A stretch of 62,941 nt of DNA, filler included. It is 5 parts of 5 records of this genome, joined end to end, with 100 filler letters (N's around TTAATTAATTAA, not from the genome) between each part and the next. Parts side by side here need not be neighbours in the genome. Positions count along the whole stretch, not along the records: positions 1 to 27,620 come from SRR2962707_5212; 4 more parts are not named here. One strand, written 5' to 3'. The notes below the pieces were generated by a model. That model saw only the letters and a program-made list of their open reading frames with translations. It had not been told where the DNA came from and made no database searches. Position numbers and translations under genes: made by a program. Below, piece by piece: positions 1 through 10,059 of this stretch; position 1 is the first letter of the stretch, and each line of letters begins with the position of its first letter.

Positions 1-21
1 GTGTTAAAAAATGCAAACTCT

Positions 22-29
22 TACCTTTG
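22..29 (+). promoter_or_regulatory. Bacteroidota sigma70 -7 promoter element (TAnnTTTG) upstream of dxr
   Basis: TACCTTTG at 22-29, about 35 nt before the likely ATG at 65; matches the phylum -7 consensus. Confidence 0.6.
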
Positions 30-64
30 CCGACTGTTCTTTTGAAAAGGCAGGGACGAATTAC

Positions 65-1219
65 ATGAAGAAACGAAATATTGCCATTCTTGGCTCGACA
101 GGTTCAATTGGAACGCAGGCTCTGGAAGTCATTGAACGACATCCTGAAAATTTTGAAATAGAGGTACTCACTGCTCAGAACAGCGCCGATCTGCTGATTG
201 AGCAAGCATTAAAATTCAGACCTAACACAGTGGTTATTGTCAATGAAAGCCATTATCAAAAGGTTTTTGATGCGTTGGACCCGCAGGATATTAAAGTTTT
301 TGCCGGGGAGAACGCACTAGCCTCTGTGGTTGAGATGGATTCTATTGATATGGTATTGACGGCCCTGGTGGGTTACTCCGGTCTATTACCAACAATCAGA
401 GCGATCAATGCAGGTAAGACGATTGCACTTGCAAATAAGGAGACCCTGGTGGTTGCAGGAGAGATGATCACGAAGCTCGCTCAGGAGAAAGGCGTGAATA
501 TTTTGCCTGTGGACTCGGAGCACTCTGCGATTTTTCAATGTATCGTTGGCGAATTTCATAATCCAATCGAAAAACTTATTCTCACTGCCTCAGGAGGCCC
601 TTTCAGAGGAAAGAATCGAGAGCTATTGACATCTGTTACGAAGGAGCAGGCACTGAAACACCCAAACTGGGATATGGGAGCAAAGATCACCATTGACTCT
701 GCTACCATGATGAATAAAGGGCTTGAGGTGATTGAAGCGAAGTGGTTATTTGGGGTATCACTTGATCAGATTGAAGTTGTGGTTCACCCTCAGTCAATTA
801 TTCACTCCATTGTCCAATTTGAAGATGGCTCCATGAAGGCACAAATGGGTCTCCCGGACATGCGAGTGCCGATTCAGTTTGCAATGACCTATCCAGGTAG
901 ATTAAAAGCTGACTACCCGAGATTCGACTTTATGAACTACCCGGAACTCACTTTTGAAAAACCGGATGTCGAAACTTTTCGTAACCTAGGGTTAGCATTT
1001 GAAGTTGCAAAGGAGGGGGGTAATCAACCGTGTATATTGAACGCTGCTAATGAAATTGCTGTTCAGGGATTCCTGGAAGATAAGGTTGGGTTCCTCGAGA
1101 TTTCAGATGTGATTGAAAACTGCCTAAAAAAGGTAAGCTATATTCGCAACCCTGAATTAGAAGATTTTATACAAACAGATAAAGAAACAAGGGCCAAAGC
1201 GCTCGAATTGATTAAATAG
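65..1219 (+). CDS. dxr: 1-deoxy-D-xylulose-5-phosphate reductoisomerase
   Basis: GSTGSIG NADPH motif, LANKETLV, PVDSEH, KITIDSATMMNKGLEVIEA; start moved to ATG 65 (MKKRNIAILG) because the promoter motif lies inside the longer ORF. Confidence 0.97.
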   Translation: MKKRNIAILGSTGSIGTQALEVIERHPENFEIEVLTAQNSADLLIEQALKFRPNTVVIVNESHYQKVFDALDPQDIKVFAGENALASVVEMDSIDMVLTALVGYSGLLPTIRAINAGKTIALANKETLVVAGEMITKLAQEKGVNILPVDSEHSAIFQCIVGEFHNPIEKLILTASGGPFRGKNRELLTSVTKEQALKHPNWDMGAKITIDSATMMNKGLEVIEAKWLFGVSLDQIEVVVHPQSIIHSIVQFEDGSMKAQMGLPDMRVPIQFAMTYPGRLKADYPRFDFMNYPELTFEKPDVETFRNLGLAFEVAKEGGNQPCILNAANEIAVQGFLEDKVGFLEISDVIENCLKKVSYIRNPELEDFIQTDKETRAKALELIK

Positions 1220-2533
1220 ATGGAGACTTTAATAATGGTAGGGCAGCTTTTACTAGGGCTGTCAATTTTGGTAGGAGTGCATGAGTGGGGACACATGGTG
1301 GCTGCAAAGTCATTCGGTATGCGTGTGGAGAAATTTTCCATCGGATTCCCACCAAAAATCTGGGGTAAGAAAATAGGAGAAACAGAATATTCCATTGGAG
1401 CTATTCCACTTGGAGGGTTTGTCAAAATCACAGGAATGATCGATGAATCTTTGGATACCAAAACCCTTAATGCCGAACCGGAACCTTACGAATTCAGGGC
1501 CAAACCTGCCTGGCAAAGACTGATTGTGATGATGGGAGGGATCATTGTGAATGTGGTGACCGGTATCATTATTTTTATTGGACTGGCTCTTGCAAATGGA
1601 GAAGCCTACATTCCAAAAGAGGAGTTGAATAAGCACGGAATTGTTGCTTATGATTTAGGAGAACAGCTTGGTTTTCAAACTGGAGATAAAATTTTAGCTA
1701 TAAATGGTCAGGATTATGAAAGATTTGCGGACCTATTAAGTCCAGACTTACTTCTTGGGTCAGATAATTATTACACAGTCCAAAGAGGCAATCAGGAAGT
1801 TCGGGTAGAAATGCCAAATGATTTCATTGACAAGTTTGCTGACAAAAAAAATAGGGTAGATGTGATTTCACCCAGAATGCCGTTTTTTATTCAATCTGTT
1901 GTGCCTGGGTCAAAAGCGGATCAGGCAGGTCTTGACGAAGGAGACAGAATTATATCTATCGATGGTAAAGAGGTGAATTATTTTGATCAATTAAGTTCTG
2001 TATTAGACTCTCTTAAGGGTAAGGAAATTTTCTTATTGGTAAAAAGAGATGGGGAAGTAATTGAAATGCAAACTACAGTAGAAGGTGATGGTACTCTTGG
2101 ATTTGTAGCTCAGTATGACCTGAATTACGTGACTAGAGATTTTACATTCGGCGAAGCTATTGGTGAAGGAACCTATAATGCTTTTGCAGTAGTCTGGTTG
2201 AATATCAAGGGATTTCAAAAGATGATTGCTGGAGATGTTGACGTGAGAAAATCTCTTTCGGGTCCGATAAGAATTGCTACATTCTTCGGTGGTACCTGGG
2301 ACTGGAACAATTTCTGGAGAATTGTGGGTCTACTTTCCATGGTGCTGGCTTTCATGAATTTCTTACCTATACCAGCTTTGGATGGAGGACATGTCGTATT
2401 CCTAACCTGGGAAATTGTGACAGGTCGTAAACCATCAGACAAATTCCTGGAAAATGCTCAGAAAGTGGGTATGGTGATTTTGCTTTCGTTGATGGCATTT
2501 GTGATCATTAATGATACCATTAGCTTATTCTAA
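1220..2533 (+). CDS. rseP: RIP metalloprotease RseP (M50 family, PDZ domains)
   Basis: HEWGH zinc motif, NFLPIPALDGG, two PDZ-like segments; abuts dxr as in the conserved dxr-rseP order. Confidence 0.95.
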   Translation: METLIMVGQLLLGLSILVGVHEWGHMVAAKSFGMRVEKFSIGFPPKIWGKKIGETEYSIGAIPLGGFVKITGMIDESLDTKTLNAEPEPYEFRAKPAWQRLIVMMGGIIVNVVTGIIIFIGLALANGEAYIPKEELNKHGIVAYDLGEQLGFQTGDKILAINGQDYERFADLLSPDLLLGSDNYYTVQRGNQEVRVEMPNDFIDKFADKKNRVDVISPRMPFFIQSVVPGSKADQAGLDEGDRIISIDGKEVNYFDQLSSVLDSLKGKEIFLLVKRDGEVIEMQTTVEGDGTLGFVAQYDLNYVTRDFTFGEAIGEGTYNAFAVVWLNIKGFQKMIAGDVDVRKSLSGPIRIATFFGGTWDWNNFWRIVGLLSMVLAFMNFLPIPALDGGHVVFLTWEIVTGRKPSDKFLENAQKVGMVILLSLMAFVIINDTISLF

Positions 2534-4530
2534 AAATCATTTGTAGCTTCTGCCGACTCCTCGGTTGGTGGAGCTTCCCGATAGATTTCAAATTCCACCC
2601 GTCGGTTTAACTTTCGGTCGGCTTCTGTCACCTCATTTTCAACGATAGGTTTGGTATCGCCATACCCGTTGGCCTCTACCCGCTCCTTTATGATGCCGGC
2701 GAAAATCACAATGTAATCACGGATGTTCTGTGCCCGCTCTTTAGAAAGACGTAGGTTTTTTTCCGGATCACCTACCGAGTCGGTGTGACCTGAAATGCGA
2801 AGCTTGAATTCGGGGTTGTCATAGAGGAAGTTGACCACCTTGTTTAAGTCTGCATACATCTCTGTTTTCAACTCGGCTTTACCTACATCAAATTCGATCG
2901 ATTCAAACTTCATTCTCGAGGCAAGTGGTTGGGTGACTGTTTTCAACTCCATTGGTCCATCCAGATAAAACACTTCTTCAATGCGGAAAAAATCATCACC
3001 CTGAAGAATCAGTAGGTAATTGCGTTGGTTGATCAATTCAAACTCAAATGAGCCATCCTGCTTTAAAAATTTAGGTGCCACTTCATTTCCCTTATCCAGA
3101 TCAATGATGGAAACAATGCCCTGAAATGGCGCGCCGGTAAGCGAATCCGTAAGTGTCCCTGTGACAGTGGTAGTTGCTTCCGGCTGAGCTTCCATTGGTA
3201 GCGGGAAAGAATAGATGTCCTGCTTATTCAAATCACGTGTTGAAGATCGTGCATAAAACAGTAATTCGGATTTGGAATCAATCGTAAAGTAGAATTCACT
3301 ACCTCGTCCGTTTACCAGCGGGCCAATGTTTTGAGGCTCAGTCCAATACCCGTCTACATTGTAAGCTTTGTAGATATCAAATTCTCCAAAATTGTATAAT
3401 TGACCATTTGAGCTGAAATATAACACTTCATATACCGGATGATAGAACGGACTCACGTCGTTTTGTCTGGTATTTATTACAGGGCCCATATTTAAAGCTG
3501 CAGACCAACGCCCTTTATCATCACGGATTGTATAATAGATGTCGGCAAGACCAAACCCTCCCAGTCTATCGGAGGCGAAGAAGAGTGTATCGCCTGAATG
3601 TGATAGTGCGGGATGAGAATCCCACGCCAGGCTATTGACACTTACACCCAGGTTTGCGGGTCGGGTCCATGTACTATCTTCCTGCAGAGTAGCAATAAAA
3701 AGATCACAATCTCCATAGGATTCTGGTGAGTCACATCGTGAAAAAACCAATGTTTTACCATCACCACTGAGGCATGGTGAGCCTTCGTTGTAGTGGGAAT
3801 TTAGTTTGGGAATGGGTGCGGCTTTAGACCAGGTACCATAAGGATCCTTTCGACTGAAATACAAATCTTCATCTTCCCTGAACCGAATGGTTTCATCCAC
3901 CTTTTTCCGCTTAGATGTAAATACCAGGATGTTATTATGAATATTGAGGGAAGGACCATAGTCAGCACTGGAGCTATTTACCAGCATACCCATGTTCAAT
4001 AGCACCCCACGAGGAGGCTGCAGAGTATCAATCAATTTACGATGTTCCACCAGTTCATAATAGTAATCTATTGGAACAAATTGCTCTGCTGCTTGTCGGT
4101 TTAGTGAATCATAGTACAGCTCAATTTCTTTGATATTTATTCCCTGATAGTGGTGGCGCAATACCATGCGATAAAGCGTCATTGCTTCCTCTTTGTCTCC
4201 AAAAAGTTCGGTCATCTTGGCCAGTCTCCAGATGAGTTTGGTGTCTTTGTAAAAATTTCGGATGCCGAAACGACTCACATAATCTTTTAAGGCGTCATAC
4301 AGCTCTTCCCATTTTTCTTCCTTGTCCAGATTAATAATACGTTCCAGCTTTTGCTTGTTGAAATACTCAGGATATTTGTTAATTCCTTTGAATTCATACG
4401 CATTAAAAACAACATCTTTAGGAATGGAATCAGTTACAATCTGAACCTCTTTTCGCCCCCTCTGTGCTGACGCACAAAGGCTGAGTAGAACTAAGAAAAG
4501 TCCAATATGGCAATGAAAATAGCGGTGCAT
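2530..4530 (-). CDS. OmpA-family protein with PD40/WD40-like propeller repeats (PorE-like architecture)
   Basis: Signal peptide; repeats such as HPALSHSGDTLFFASDRLGG and NMGPVINT; C-terminal OmpA domain GHTDSVG...NLRLSKERA...NRRVEF. Confidence 0.85.
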   Translation of the reverse strand: MHRYFHCHIGLFLVLLSLCASAQRGRKEVQIVTDSIPKDVVFNAYEFKGINKYPEYFNKQKLERIINLDKEEKWEELYDALKDYVSRFGIRNFYKDTKLIWRLAKMTELFGDKEEAMTLYRMVLRHHYQGINIKEIELYYDSLNRQAAEQFVPIDYYYELVEHRKLIDTLQPPRGVLLNMGMLVNSSSADYGPSLNIHNNILVFTSKRKKVDETIRFREDEDLYFSRKDPYGTWSKAAPIPKLNSHYNEGSPCLSGDGKTLVFSRCDSPESYGDCDLFIATLQEDSTWTRPANLGVSVNSLAWDSHPALSHSGDTLFFASDRLGGFGLADIYYTIRDDKGRWSAALNMGPVINTRQNDVSPFYHPVYEVLYFSSNGQLYNFGEFDIYKAYNVDGYWTEPQNIGPLVNGRGSEFYFTIDSKSELLFYARSSTRDLNKQDIYSFPLPMEAQPEATTTVTGTLTDSLTGAPFQGIVSIIDLDKGNEVAPKFLKQDGSFEFELINQRNYLLILQGDDFFRIEEVFYLDGPMELKTVTQPLASRMKFESIEFDVGKAELKTEMYADLNKVVNFLYDNPEFKLRISGHTDSVGDPEKNLRLSKERAQNIRDYIVIFAGIIKERVEANGYGDTKPIVENEVTEADRKLNRRVEFEIYREAPPTEESAEATNDF

Positions 4531-4675
4531 GCTGTCGATTCGTCAGTAAAAATTAAAATTAGTTTAAAGTTAGCACTATTTGCCGTGTGCCACCACTTTG
4601 GCATAGCGATTGACAATTATGTACCTTTCCCTAAAAGCTAGGGATGTGTACTAATTATATGACACATTGGCATTT

Positions 4676-7144
4676 ATGAATGACGCGAAACTTAAATCAA
4701 TTTTTATACCGGAATTTGCAAATGAAGACTCGGAAGAGCTGATCCAGATCATTTCTCCTGAGGACAGTCAGATGGAGGATGCTGATTTACCGGAGGAATT
4801 GCCAATTCTACCCATTAGAAACACCGTTTTGTTCCCGGGAGTAGTACTCCCCATTACAGTAGGTCGGACTAAGTCAATCCGGTTGGTGAAAAAGGCCTAT
4901 CGAGGAAATCGAATCATAGGCGTGGTTGCTCAAAAAAATGGTAAAACAGAAGATCCGTCTTTTAAAGAATTGTATGAGGTAGGTACCATAGCCAAAATCC
5001 TCAAAATGATTGTACTTCCTGATGGAAACACGACGATCATCATACAGGGTCAAAATCGCTTTCAAATAATAGAGCAGATTCAGGAGGAACCTCATCACAT
5101 AGTGAAGTATCAGACAGTTCCTGATAAGAAGAATGAGCTCTCCAAGAAGGAACAAAAGGCGATCATTCAATCGATGAAGGATACAGCCACCAAGATAATG
5201 GGACTCAGTCCTGAGATACCAAAAGAGGCACGTGTGGCGGTTGACAATATTGATAGTTTTAATTTCCTCACCCATTTTCTCTCATCCAATGTGAATGCAG
5301 AGGTGAGTGATAAGCAATCGCTGCTGGAAATGGAAGATCCAAAAGCCCGTGCAGAAAAATTGTTGCAGTTCATGCTGAAGGACCTTCAAATGCTGGAGCT
5401 CAAGCAGGAAATTCAGGAAAAAGTACATACAGACATAGATCAACAGCAGCGTGATTATTTTCTTCGTCAGCAAATACGCATCCTTCAGGATGAGCTTGGT
5501 CAGGATGGACCTGATCAGGAAGTGAATGCACTGCGAAAGCGTGGAGAGAAAAAAGATTGGCCTGAAGAGGTACAAGATCACTTCGAGAAAGAACTTGATA
5601 AAATTTCCCGTATGAATCCTGCTGCAGCGGAGTTTCCGGTGGCTATGAGTTACGCGGAATTACTGGTAGATCTTCCATGGAATGAGGTAACGGAAGACAA
5701 TTTTGATCTAAAACATGCAAGAAAAATACTCGATCGTGATCATTTTGGATTAGAGAAAGTAAAGGACCGAATCATTGAGTACCTGGCAGTTCGAAAGTTA
5801 AAGCAAGACTTAAAAGGACCTATTCTCTGCCTTTACGGCCCTCCGGGTGTTGGTAAGACCTCCCTCGGTAAGTCAATCGCGGATGCACTGAATAGGAAAT
5901 ATGTTCGTATGTCACTCGGAGGAGTACATGATGAGGCTGAAATAAGGGGTCACCGTAAGACGTATATCGGGGCAATGCCCGGGAAGATTATCCAAAATCT
6001 GAATAGGGCAAAATCATCTAATCCGGTTTTCATTCTTGATGAAATTGATAAGGTAAGTTCAGACTTCAGAGGAGACCCTTCTTCCGCCTTACTTGAGGTA
6101 CTCGATCCTGAGCAGAATTCCACATTCAAGGATAATTACCTGGAGGTGGATTACGATCTTTCCAAAGTGCTGTTTATAGCTACCGCAAATTCATTAGATA
6201 CCATTCAGCCAGCGTTGAGAGACCGAATGGAGATCATCGACATTAGTGGGTATACACAGGAAGAAAAACAAGAAATAGCAAAAAAACACCTGATACCAAA
6301 GCAACGAAAAGAGCATGGGTTAAAAGCCAAAGATGTCACCTTCGATAAATCCGGGATAGCCAAGCTAATCAATGATTATACCCGTGAGTCAGGTGTAAGA
6401 AGTCTTGAGCGCAAGATTGCAGCGGTTGTACGCTCGGTTGCTAAATCTGTGGCAATGGAAGAGGAGTATGAGTCAAAGATCGATGCTGATCGGGTGCGAG
6501 AGATACTAGGGCCTGAAATATTTGATAAGGATAACTATGAGGATAATTCTATTCCAGGGGTGGTTACCGGGCTTGCTTGGACGCCATCAGGGGGGGATAT
6601 CCTTTTCATTGAATCTTCTTTGAGCCGAGGAAAAGGGAAACTGACACTTTCCGGACAGCTGGGTGATGTAATGAAGGAGTCTGCTGTTGCCGCTCTCTCA
6701 TATTTACGTTCACACTCAGAATCTATCGGGATTGATCATCGTGTTTTTGACAATTATGATTTGCATGTGCATGTTCCGGCAGGAGCTATTCCGAAAGATG
6801 GTCCCTCTGCAGGAATTACGATGTTGACTTCATTGGCATCTGTTTTTACGCAGCGAAAGGTGAAAAAGCAATTAGCCATGACGGGGGAAATTACTTTGAG
6901 AGGAAAAGTGCTACCTGTAGGTGGAATAAAGGAGAAGATCCTGGCTGCCAGAAGAGCAGGGATAAAAGAGATCATCATGTGCAAACGCAATCAAAAAGAT
7001 CTGGAAGAGATTAATGAAAAATACCTGAAGGGACTGAATATTCATTTTGTAGAGTATGTACCAGAGGTACTTGATATTGCGTTAACGAAACAAAAAGTAG
7101 ATAACCCAATCGAGTTTATCCTTCCCGAAGAAAAGAAAGATTGA
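4676..7144 (+). CDS. lon: ATP-dependent Lon protease
   Basis: LON N-domain LPILPIRNTVLFPG, Walker A GPPGVGKT, catalytic PKDGPSAG and KILAA; ATG at 4676 preferred over TTG at 4667. Confidence 0.97.
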   Translation: MNDAKLKSIFIPEFANEDSEELIQIISPEDSQMEDADLPEELPILPIRNTVLFPGVVLPITVGRTKSIRLVKKAYRGNRIIGVVAQKNGKTEDPSFKELYEVGTIAKILKMIVLPDGNTTIIIQGQNRFQIIEQIQEEPHHIVKYQTVPDKKNELSKKEQKAIIQSMKDTATKIMGLSPEIPKEARVAVDNIDSFNFLTHFLSSNVNAEVSDKQSLLEMEDPKARAEKLLQFMLKDLQMLELKQEIQEKVHTDIDQQQRDYFLRQQIRILQDELGQDGPDQEVNALRKRGEKKDWPEEVQDHFEKELDKISRMNPAAAEFPVAMSYAELLVDLPWNEVTEDNFDLKHARKILDRDHFGLEKVKDRIIEYLAVRKLKQDLKGPILCLYGPPGVGKTSLGKSIADALNRKYVRMSLGGVHDEAEIRGHRKTYIGAMPGKIIQNLNRAKSSNPVFILDEIDKVSSDFRGDPSSALLEVLDPEQNSTFKDNYLEVDYDLSKVLFIATANSLDTIQPALRDRMEIIDISGYTQEEKQEIAKKHLIPKQRKEHGLKAKDVTFDKSGIAKLINDYTRESGVRSLERKIAAVVRSVAKSVAMEEEYESKIDADRVREILGPEIFDKDNYEDNSIPGVVTGLAWTPSGGDILFIESSLSRGKGKLTLSGQLGDVMKESAVAALSYLRSHSESIGIDHRVFDNYDLHVHVPAGAIPKDGPSAGITMLTSLASVFTQRKVKKQLAMTGEITLRGKVLPVGGIKEKILAARRAGIKEIIMCKRNQKDLEEINEKYLKGLNIHFVEYVPEVLDIALTKQKVDNPIEFILPEEKKD

Positions 7145-8133
7145 AGGCTTTAATTGCAATAGCGTGTTTGATCCCGCTTTTTAGCTGGTCACAAATTGGC
7201 GGTCAGGCCGGATACCAATCCCTCCGTTTGACAACCAATCCCCGTGCTGCTGCATTAGGAGGAACGACGGTCTCTTTGGCGGATGGAGATATATCTCAGT
7301 TTTTTGAGAATCCTGCTACCCTTGATTCAGTAAAGAATAAGAATGTTTTTTTCCAAATCAATCCATATTTTGCTGAAGTATTCGTCTATTCCGGAGCGTA
7401 CACCTTTAATGTGGCCAATGCCGGAACATTTGCAGCAGGAATCAATTATGTGAACTTTGGCTCCTTTGATATGACAGACGAAAACGGAAATCATCTGGGT
7501 ACTTTTCAAGCTCAGGATTATACCATCCAGGTTGGAAAAGCTCATCAACTAGGGCCTTTTACTTTAGGAGCCAATTTAAAGCTGACACATTCATCCATTG
7601 AGACTTACGGTTCCACTGCTGTACTCATGGATATTGGGGGTATTTTCCGGCCGTCTAAAAACTGGACAGTCGCCTTGGTTATGCAAAATATTGGTGGCCG
7701 GGTATCAGAATACACCTCATTTTCATCACCATCAATCCCTTTTGATATCAAATTGGGTACTTCATTTAAGCCTGAGTACATGCCTTTGCGATTTACAATA
7801 ACCACCACGAATTTGGTGGATCAAAACGTCATTCAGGATGAAGAGTCAAGTGGTAGAAACAGTAAAGGCATTGATAAAGTATGGAAAAGAGTGAACCTCG
7901 GGGCAGAGGTCTTGTTAAGTAATAATATTCAGTTGCTTGTAGGATATAGCCATAAAAGGAAGCAGGAGTTGAGATTGGACGATATTGGCGGAGGTGCAGG
8001 TCTATCATATGGTTTGATGGTGAAAGTGAAACGGATAGAATTTCGTTTTTCCAGGGCTACCTTTCATGCAGCAGGAGGCAGCAGCTTTATTAGCCTTCGA
8101 ACAGATTTAAATGATTTTAAGAAAATTTTATGA
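7141..8133 (+). CDS. porQ: Type IX secretion system protein PorQ (PorV/FadL-like barrel)
   Basis: Signal peptide, N-terminal L-x-L-x-x-x-PRAAALGG and NPA motifs of the PorV/PorQ family, RKQELR...GLSYG C-terminus; follows lon as commonly seen in Bacteroidota. Confidence 0.8.
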   Translation: MKALIAIACLIPLFSWSQIGGQAGYQSLRLTTNPRAAALGGTTVSLADGDISQFFENPATLDSVKNKNVFFQINPYFAEVFVYSGAYTFNVANAGTFAAGINYVNFGSFDMTDENGNHLGTFQAQDYTIQVGKAHQLGPFTLGANLKLTHSSIETYGSTAVLMDIGGIFRPSKNWTVALVMQNIGGRVSEYTSFSSPSIPFDIKLGTSFKPEYMPLRFTITTTNLVDQNVIQDEESSGRNSKGIDKVWKRVNLGAEVLLSNNIQLLVGYSHKRKQELRLDDIGGGAGLSYGLMVKVKRIEFRFSRATFHAAGGSSFISLRTDLNDFKKIL

Positions 8134-9518
8134 GTGAGATAAAAAACGATTTAACACCTAAGCAGATAGTTGCTGAGCTGGATAAATACATCATTGGTCA
8201 AAAAGATGCGAAACGTAATGTGGCGATCGCACTTCGAAACCGGTGGAGAAGAATGAATGTGAAGGAAGAAATACAGGGTGAGATCGTTCCGAATAACATT
8301 CTTTTGATTGGATCGACAGGGGTTGGTAAAACGGAGATAGCGAGGAGGCTGGCCAAAATTGCAGATGCACCATTTACAAAGGTGGAGGCCTCAAAATTTA
8401 CCGAAGTAGGGTATGTTGGAAGAGACGTTGAAAGTATGGTTCGTGATCTTGTCGAGCAGGCGGTGAACATGGTTAAGGTTGCTAAAAAGGAAGAGGTGAA
8501 AGAGAAAGCCGCTGAAGTGGTGGAAGGAATTATTCTGGATTCGTTGATACCTCCGCTTAAGGGCAGCCCAAATGCATTTTCAACTAAAGTGGGAAGTGAT
8601 GAGCCGGAGAACGAAGTGGAGTTGAATGAGCAGACACGGGTCCGATTTAGAGAAAAGATCAGGAAGGGAGAGCTTGACGATCGAAAAATAGAAATAGATG
8701 TCACTGCTAATCCGTCAGGGAATGTGGGGATGATTGGAGGAGGAATGGATGAAGCTTCCATGATCAATATTCAGGAGATGATTGGTAATATGATGCCCAA
8801 AAAGAAAAAGAAACGGAAGGTGACAATTTCTGAGGCAAGAAAAATATTACTTGAAGAAGAGGCTTCCAAAATGATAGACATGGATGAAGTGAAAGAGGAA
8901 GCCATTTTTAAAGCGGAGAATACAGGGATCATTTTCATCGATGAGGTGGACAAGATCGCTAAAGGAGGAGATTCCGGAAAAGGTGGTCCCGATGTGAGTA
9001 GGGAAGGGGTGCAAAGAGATTTACTTCCGATCGTTGAAGGAAGTGCCGTTAATACGAAATATGGAATTATTAATACCGATCATATCTTATTTGTGGCTGC
9101 CGGGGCATTTCACTTCAGTAAACCTTCTGATTTAATTCCTGAGCTTCAGGGACGCTTTCCGATTCGCGTAGAACTGGACAATTTGACAAAAGCAGACTTT
9201 TTGCGGATCCTGACCGAGCCTAAAAACGCACTTACAAAACAGTATGAAGCTTTAGTTGCTTCTGAGGAAGTTCATCTTACTTTTCAGGACGAAGCACTGG
9301 AGGAAATCGCAGAAATGGCTTTTCAAATAAATGAAGAGGTGGAAAATATTGGTGCGAGGAGACTGCACACCGTGATGAGTAAGTTGCTTAATGAAATTCT
9401 GTTTGATATTCCTGACACCATTGGTCCAAACGCACAAATTGTCATCGACAAGGCGCTTGTTCAGGAAAAGTTGGAGGGACTTGTAAAGGATAAAGATTTG
9501 AGCAGGTATATTCTGTAA
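8130..9518 (+). CDS. hslU: ATP-dependent protease ATPase subunit HslU
   Basis: LTPKQIVAELDKYIIGQ, GSTGVGKTEIARRLA, KFTEVGYVGRDVESMVRDL, IGARRLHT, terminal DLSRYIL. Confidence 0.97.
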   Translation: MSEIKNDLTPKQIVAELDKYIIGQKDAKRNVAIALRNRWRRMNVKEEIQGEIVPNNILLIGSTGVGKTEIARRLAKIADAPFTKVEASKFTEVGYVGRDVESMVRDLVEQAVNMVKVAKKEEVKEKAAEVVEGIILDSLIPPLKGSPNAFSTKVGSDEPENEVELNEQTRVRFREKIRKGELDDRKIEIDVTANPSGNVGMIGGGMDEASMINIQEMIGNMMPKKKKKRKVTISEARKILLEEEASKMIDMDEVKEEAIFKAENTGIIFIDEVDKIAKGGDSGKGGPDVSREGVQRDLLPIVEGSAVNTKYGIINTDHILFVAAGAFHFSKPSDLIPELQGRFPIRVELDNLTKADFLRILTEPKNALTKQYEALVASEEVHLTFQDEALEEIAEMAFQINEEVENIGARRLHTVMSKLLNEILFDIPDTIGPNAQIVIDKALVQEKLEGLVKDKDLSRYIL

Positions 9519-9573
9519 AGAATGGGAGTTAGGGGTATTTTTTGTAAATAAGTGGTGCCTTAAATGAGAGGTA

Positions 9574-10059
9574 TTAAATCTCCTTCGGAAAGTAAAAGAA
9601 GGCCAGCATACCAGTTCCAAACTCCACATCTTTCCAGTAGTTCACATTGAAATTGATGCCGACAATACCGCAGGTTGGAACATTGTCCAATGTCAGATTG
9701 GCAAGGGCATTCGCTGCACTGGTGAACCCGGGGTTGTGACCGAAAATTGCCAGCCGCTGACAGTTTGGAGCATTTTTTACAATTTCAAGTATTTCTCCAG
9801 CCCCAGCATGGTACAAGCTTTTATCAAGACGAATGTTTCCTTCATCAATCTTTAGTTGATCACAAATGTGTAAGGCCGTGTAAAATGCCCGGCTTGCTGT
9901 GCTGGAAATAAATACTTCCGGAGGTGCTTGCTGTGAGGCCAGATGATTTCCCATTTTTATTACATCCTTTCTTCCACGCTTTCCTAACGGGCGATCATGA
10001 TCACTTAAATCAAATGACCAGGAAGATTTAGCGTGACGGATGAGGTAAAGTGTCTTCAT
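9574..10059 (-). CDS. SixA-like histidine phosphatase
   Basis: RHAKSSW...DHDRPL motif and GHNPG. Confidence 0.9.
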   Translation of the reverse strand: MKTLYLIRHAKSSWSFDLSDHDRPLGKRGRKDVIKMGNHLASQQAPPEVFISSTASRAFYTALHICDQLKIDEGNIRLDKSLYHAGAGEILEIVKNAPNCQRLAIFGHNPGFTSAANALANLTLDNVPTCGIVGINFNVNYWKDVEFGTGMLAFFYFPKEI

